From the NCBI RefSeq assembly GCF_009914755.1, contig NC_060938.1: DNA of 64,000 bases. One strand, 5' to 3'. Of this stretch, positions 63,290 through 64,000 are shown in pieces; the first letter of the stretch is position 1, and every line of letters starts with the position of its first letter. The position numbers and the translations under genes are program-made. Below the pieces are notes generated by a model. That model did no database searches. It worked only from the letters and a program-made list of their open reading frames with translations, and was not told the origin of the DNA. The DNA comes from the human T2T-CHM13v2.0 reference genome, Homo sapiens.

Positions 63290-64000
63290 CCCCGGCCTCC
63301 CAAAGTGCTGGGATTACAGGTGTGAACCACTGCGCCTGGCCTATGCTGTATTTTTAATGCTGAAATTGGCAACCCTTTCCAAGCCCAATCATCAGAATAG
63401 AATTAAACAGGAGATCTTTGTGTTTCACACTTGGATGATGTGGAAAATGCGGAGTGCGTCTGTTTACTGAGCATATATTATTTTGCAGTCACCCCTGCAG
63501 TGCAACTAGTCTTTCTGCCTCCTTCCAGTGGTTTTTCACTCTGCCACTGATAGCATGTGTACCTCTCTTAAGGCCCTTTTACATTTTACCTGGTTAGAAA
63601 TTACATTTATCTCCTACCGGATTGTGAGCTTTTAAATACAAGTACTTACTATTCATTTCTGTACCCACTGTATGCTTAATACATATTTGCCAAATGAACA
63701 CCTGAAAGAATGACAGCAGTGGTCTTCTAGTCAAAAAGGCTTGAAGTCCTTGCTTATCTTTTACAGCTTTTTTCTTTCCTTCATATCCAGTTAGTTGCAT
63801 GGTCCTGTTGATTATTTCCACTTCAGTGTTTCTCACATTCTTTTTCATTACAACTGATACCACCTTTGGCTTCTTATGTCCTCATTCTGGAATTGCTGAA
63901 ATATTCTCCTTATTTTATTTTATTTTTTTGAGATGGAGTCTCGCTCTGTCGCCCAGGCTGGAGTGCAGTGGCGCAATATTGGCTCACTGCAACCTCTACC

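Overview
Alu-dense primate genomic DNA, recognisable as the human 14q11.2 AJUBA-C14orf93-PSMB5 locus. All three protein-coding genes are on the minus strand, and each could be spliced by hand through GT-AG junctions into an intact frame: AJUBA (8 coding exons, 538 aa, three LIM domains), C14orf93 (6 coding exons, 538 aa) and PSMB5 (3 exons, 263 aa proteasome beta5, plus an 85-nt frameshifting cassette exon). The window also has four CpG-rich promoter regions, splice signals for a divergent plus-strand AJUBA lncRNA, several dozen Alus, an MLT1B solo LTR and several DNA-transposon fossils. Most ORFs in the supplied track are Alu-derived or antisense artefacts. I found no multi-gene novel system. 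The best leads are (1) an RPS7 last-exon copy that apparently kept its splice acceptor and polyA signal downstream of PSMB5, (2) the C14orf93 C-terminus as a possible transposon-derived DNA-binding domain, (3) a templated insertion inside an Alu, (4) a perfect 190-bp tandem duplication upstream of PSMB5, and (5) uORFs, a candidate poison exon and a spliced microprotein ORF around AJUBA. Repeat-family and protein assignments come from recalled consensus sequences, not from searches.
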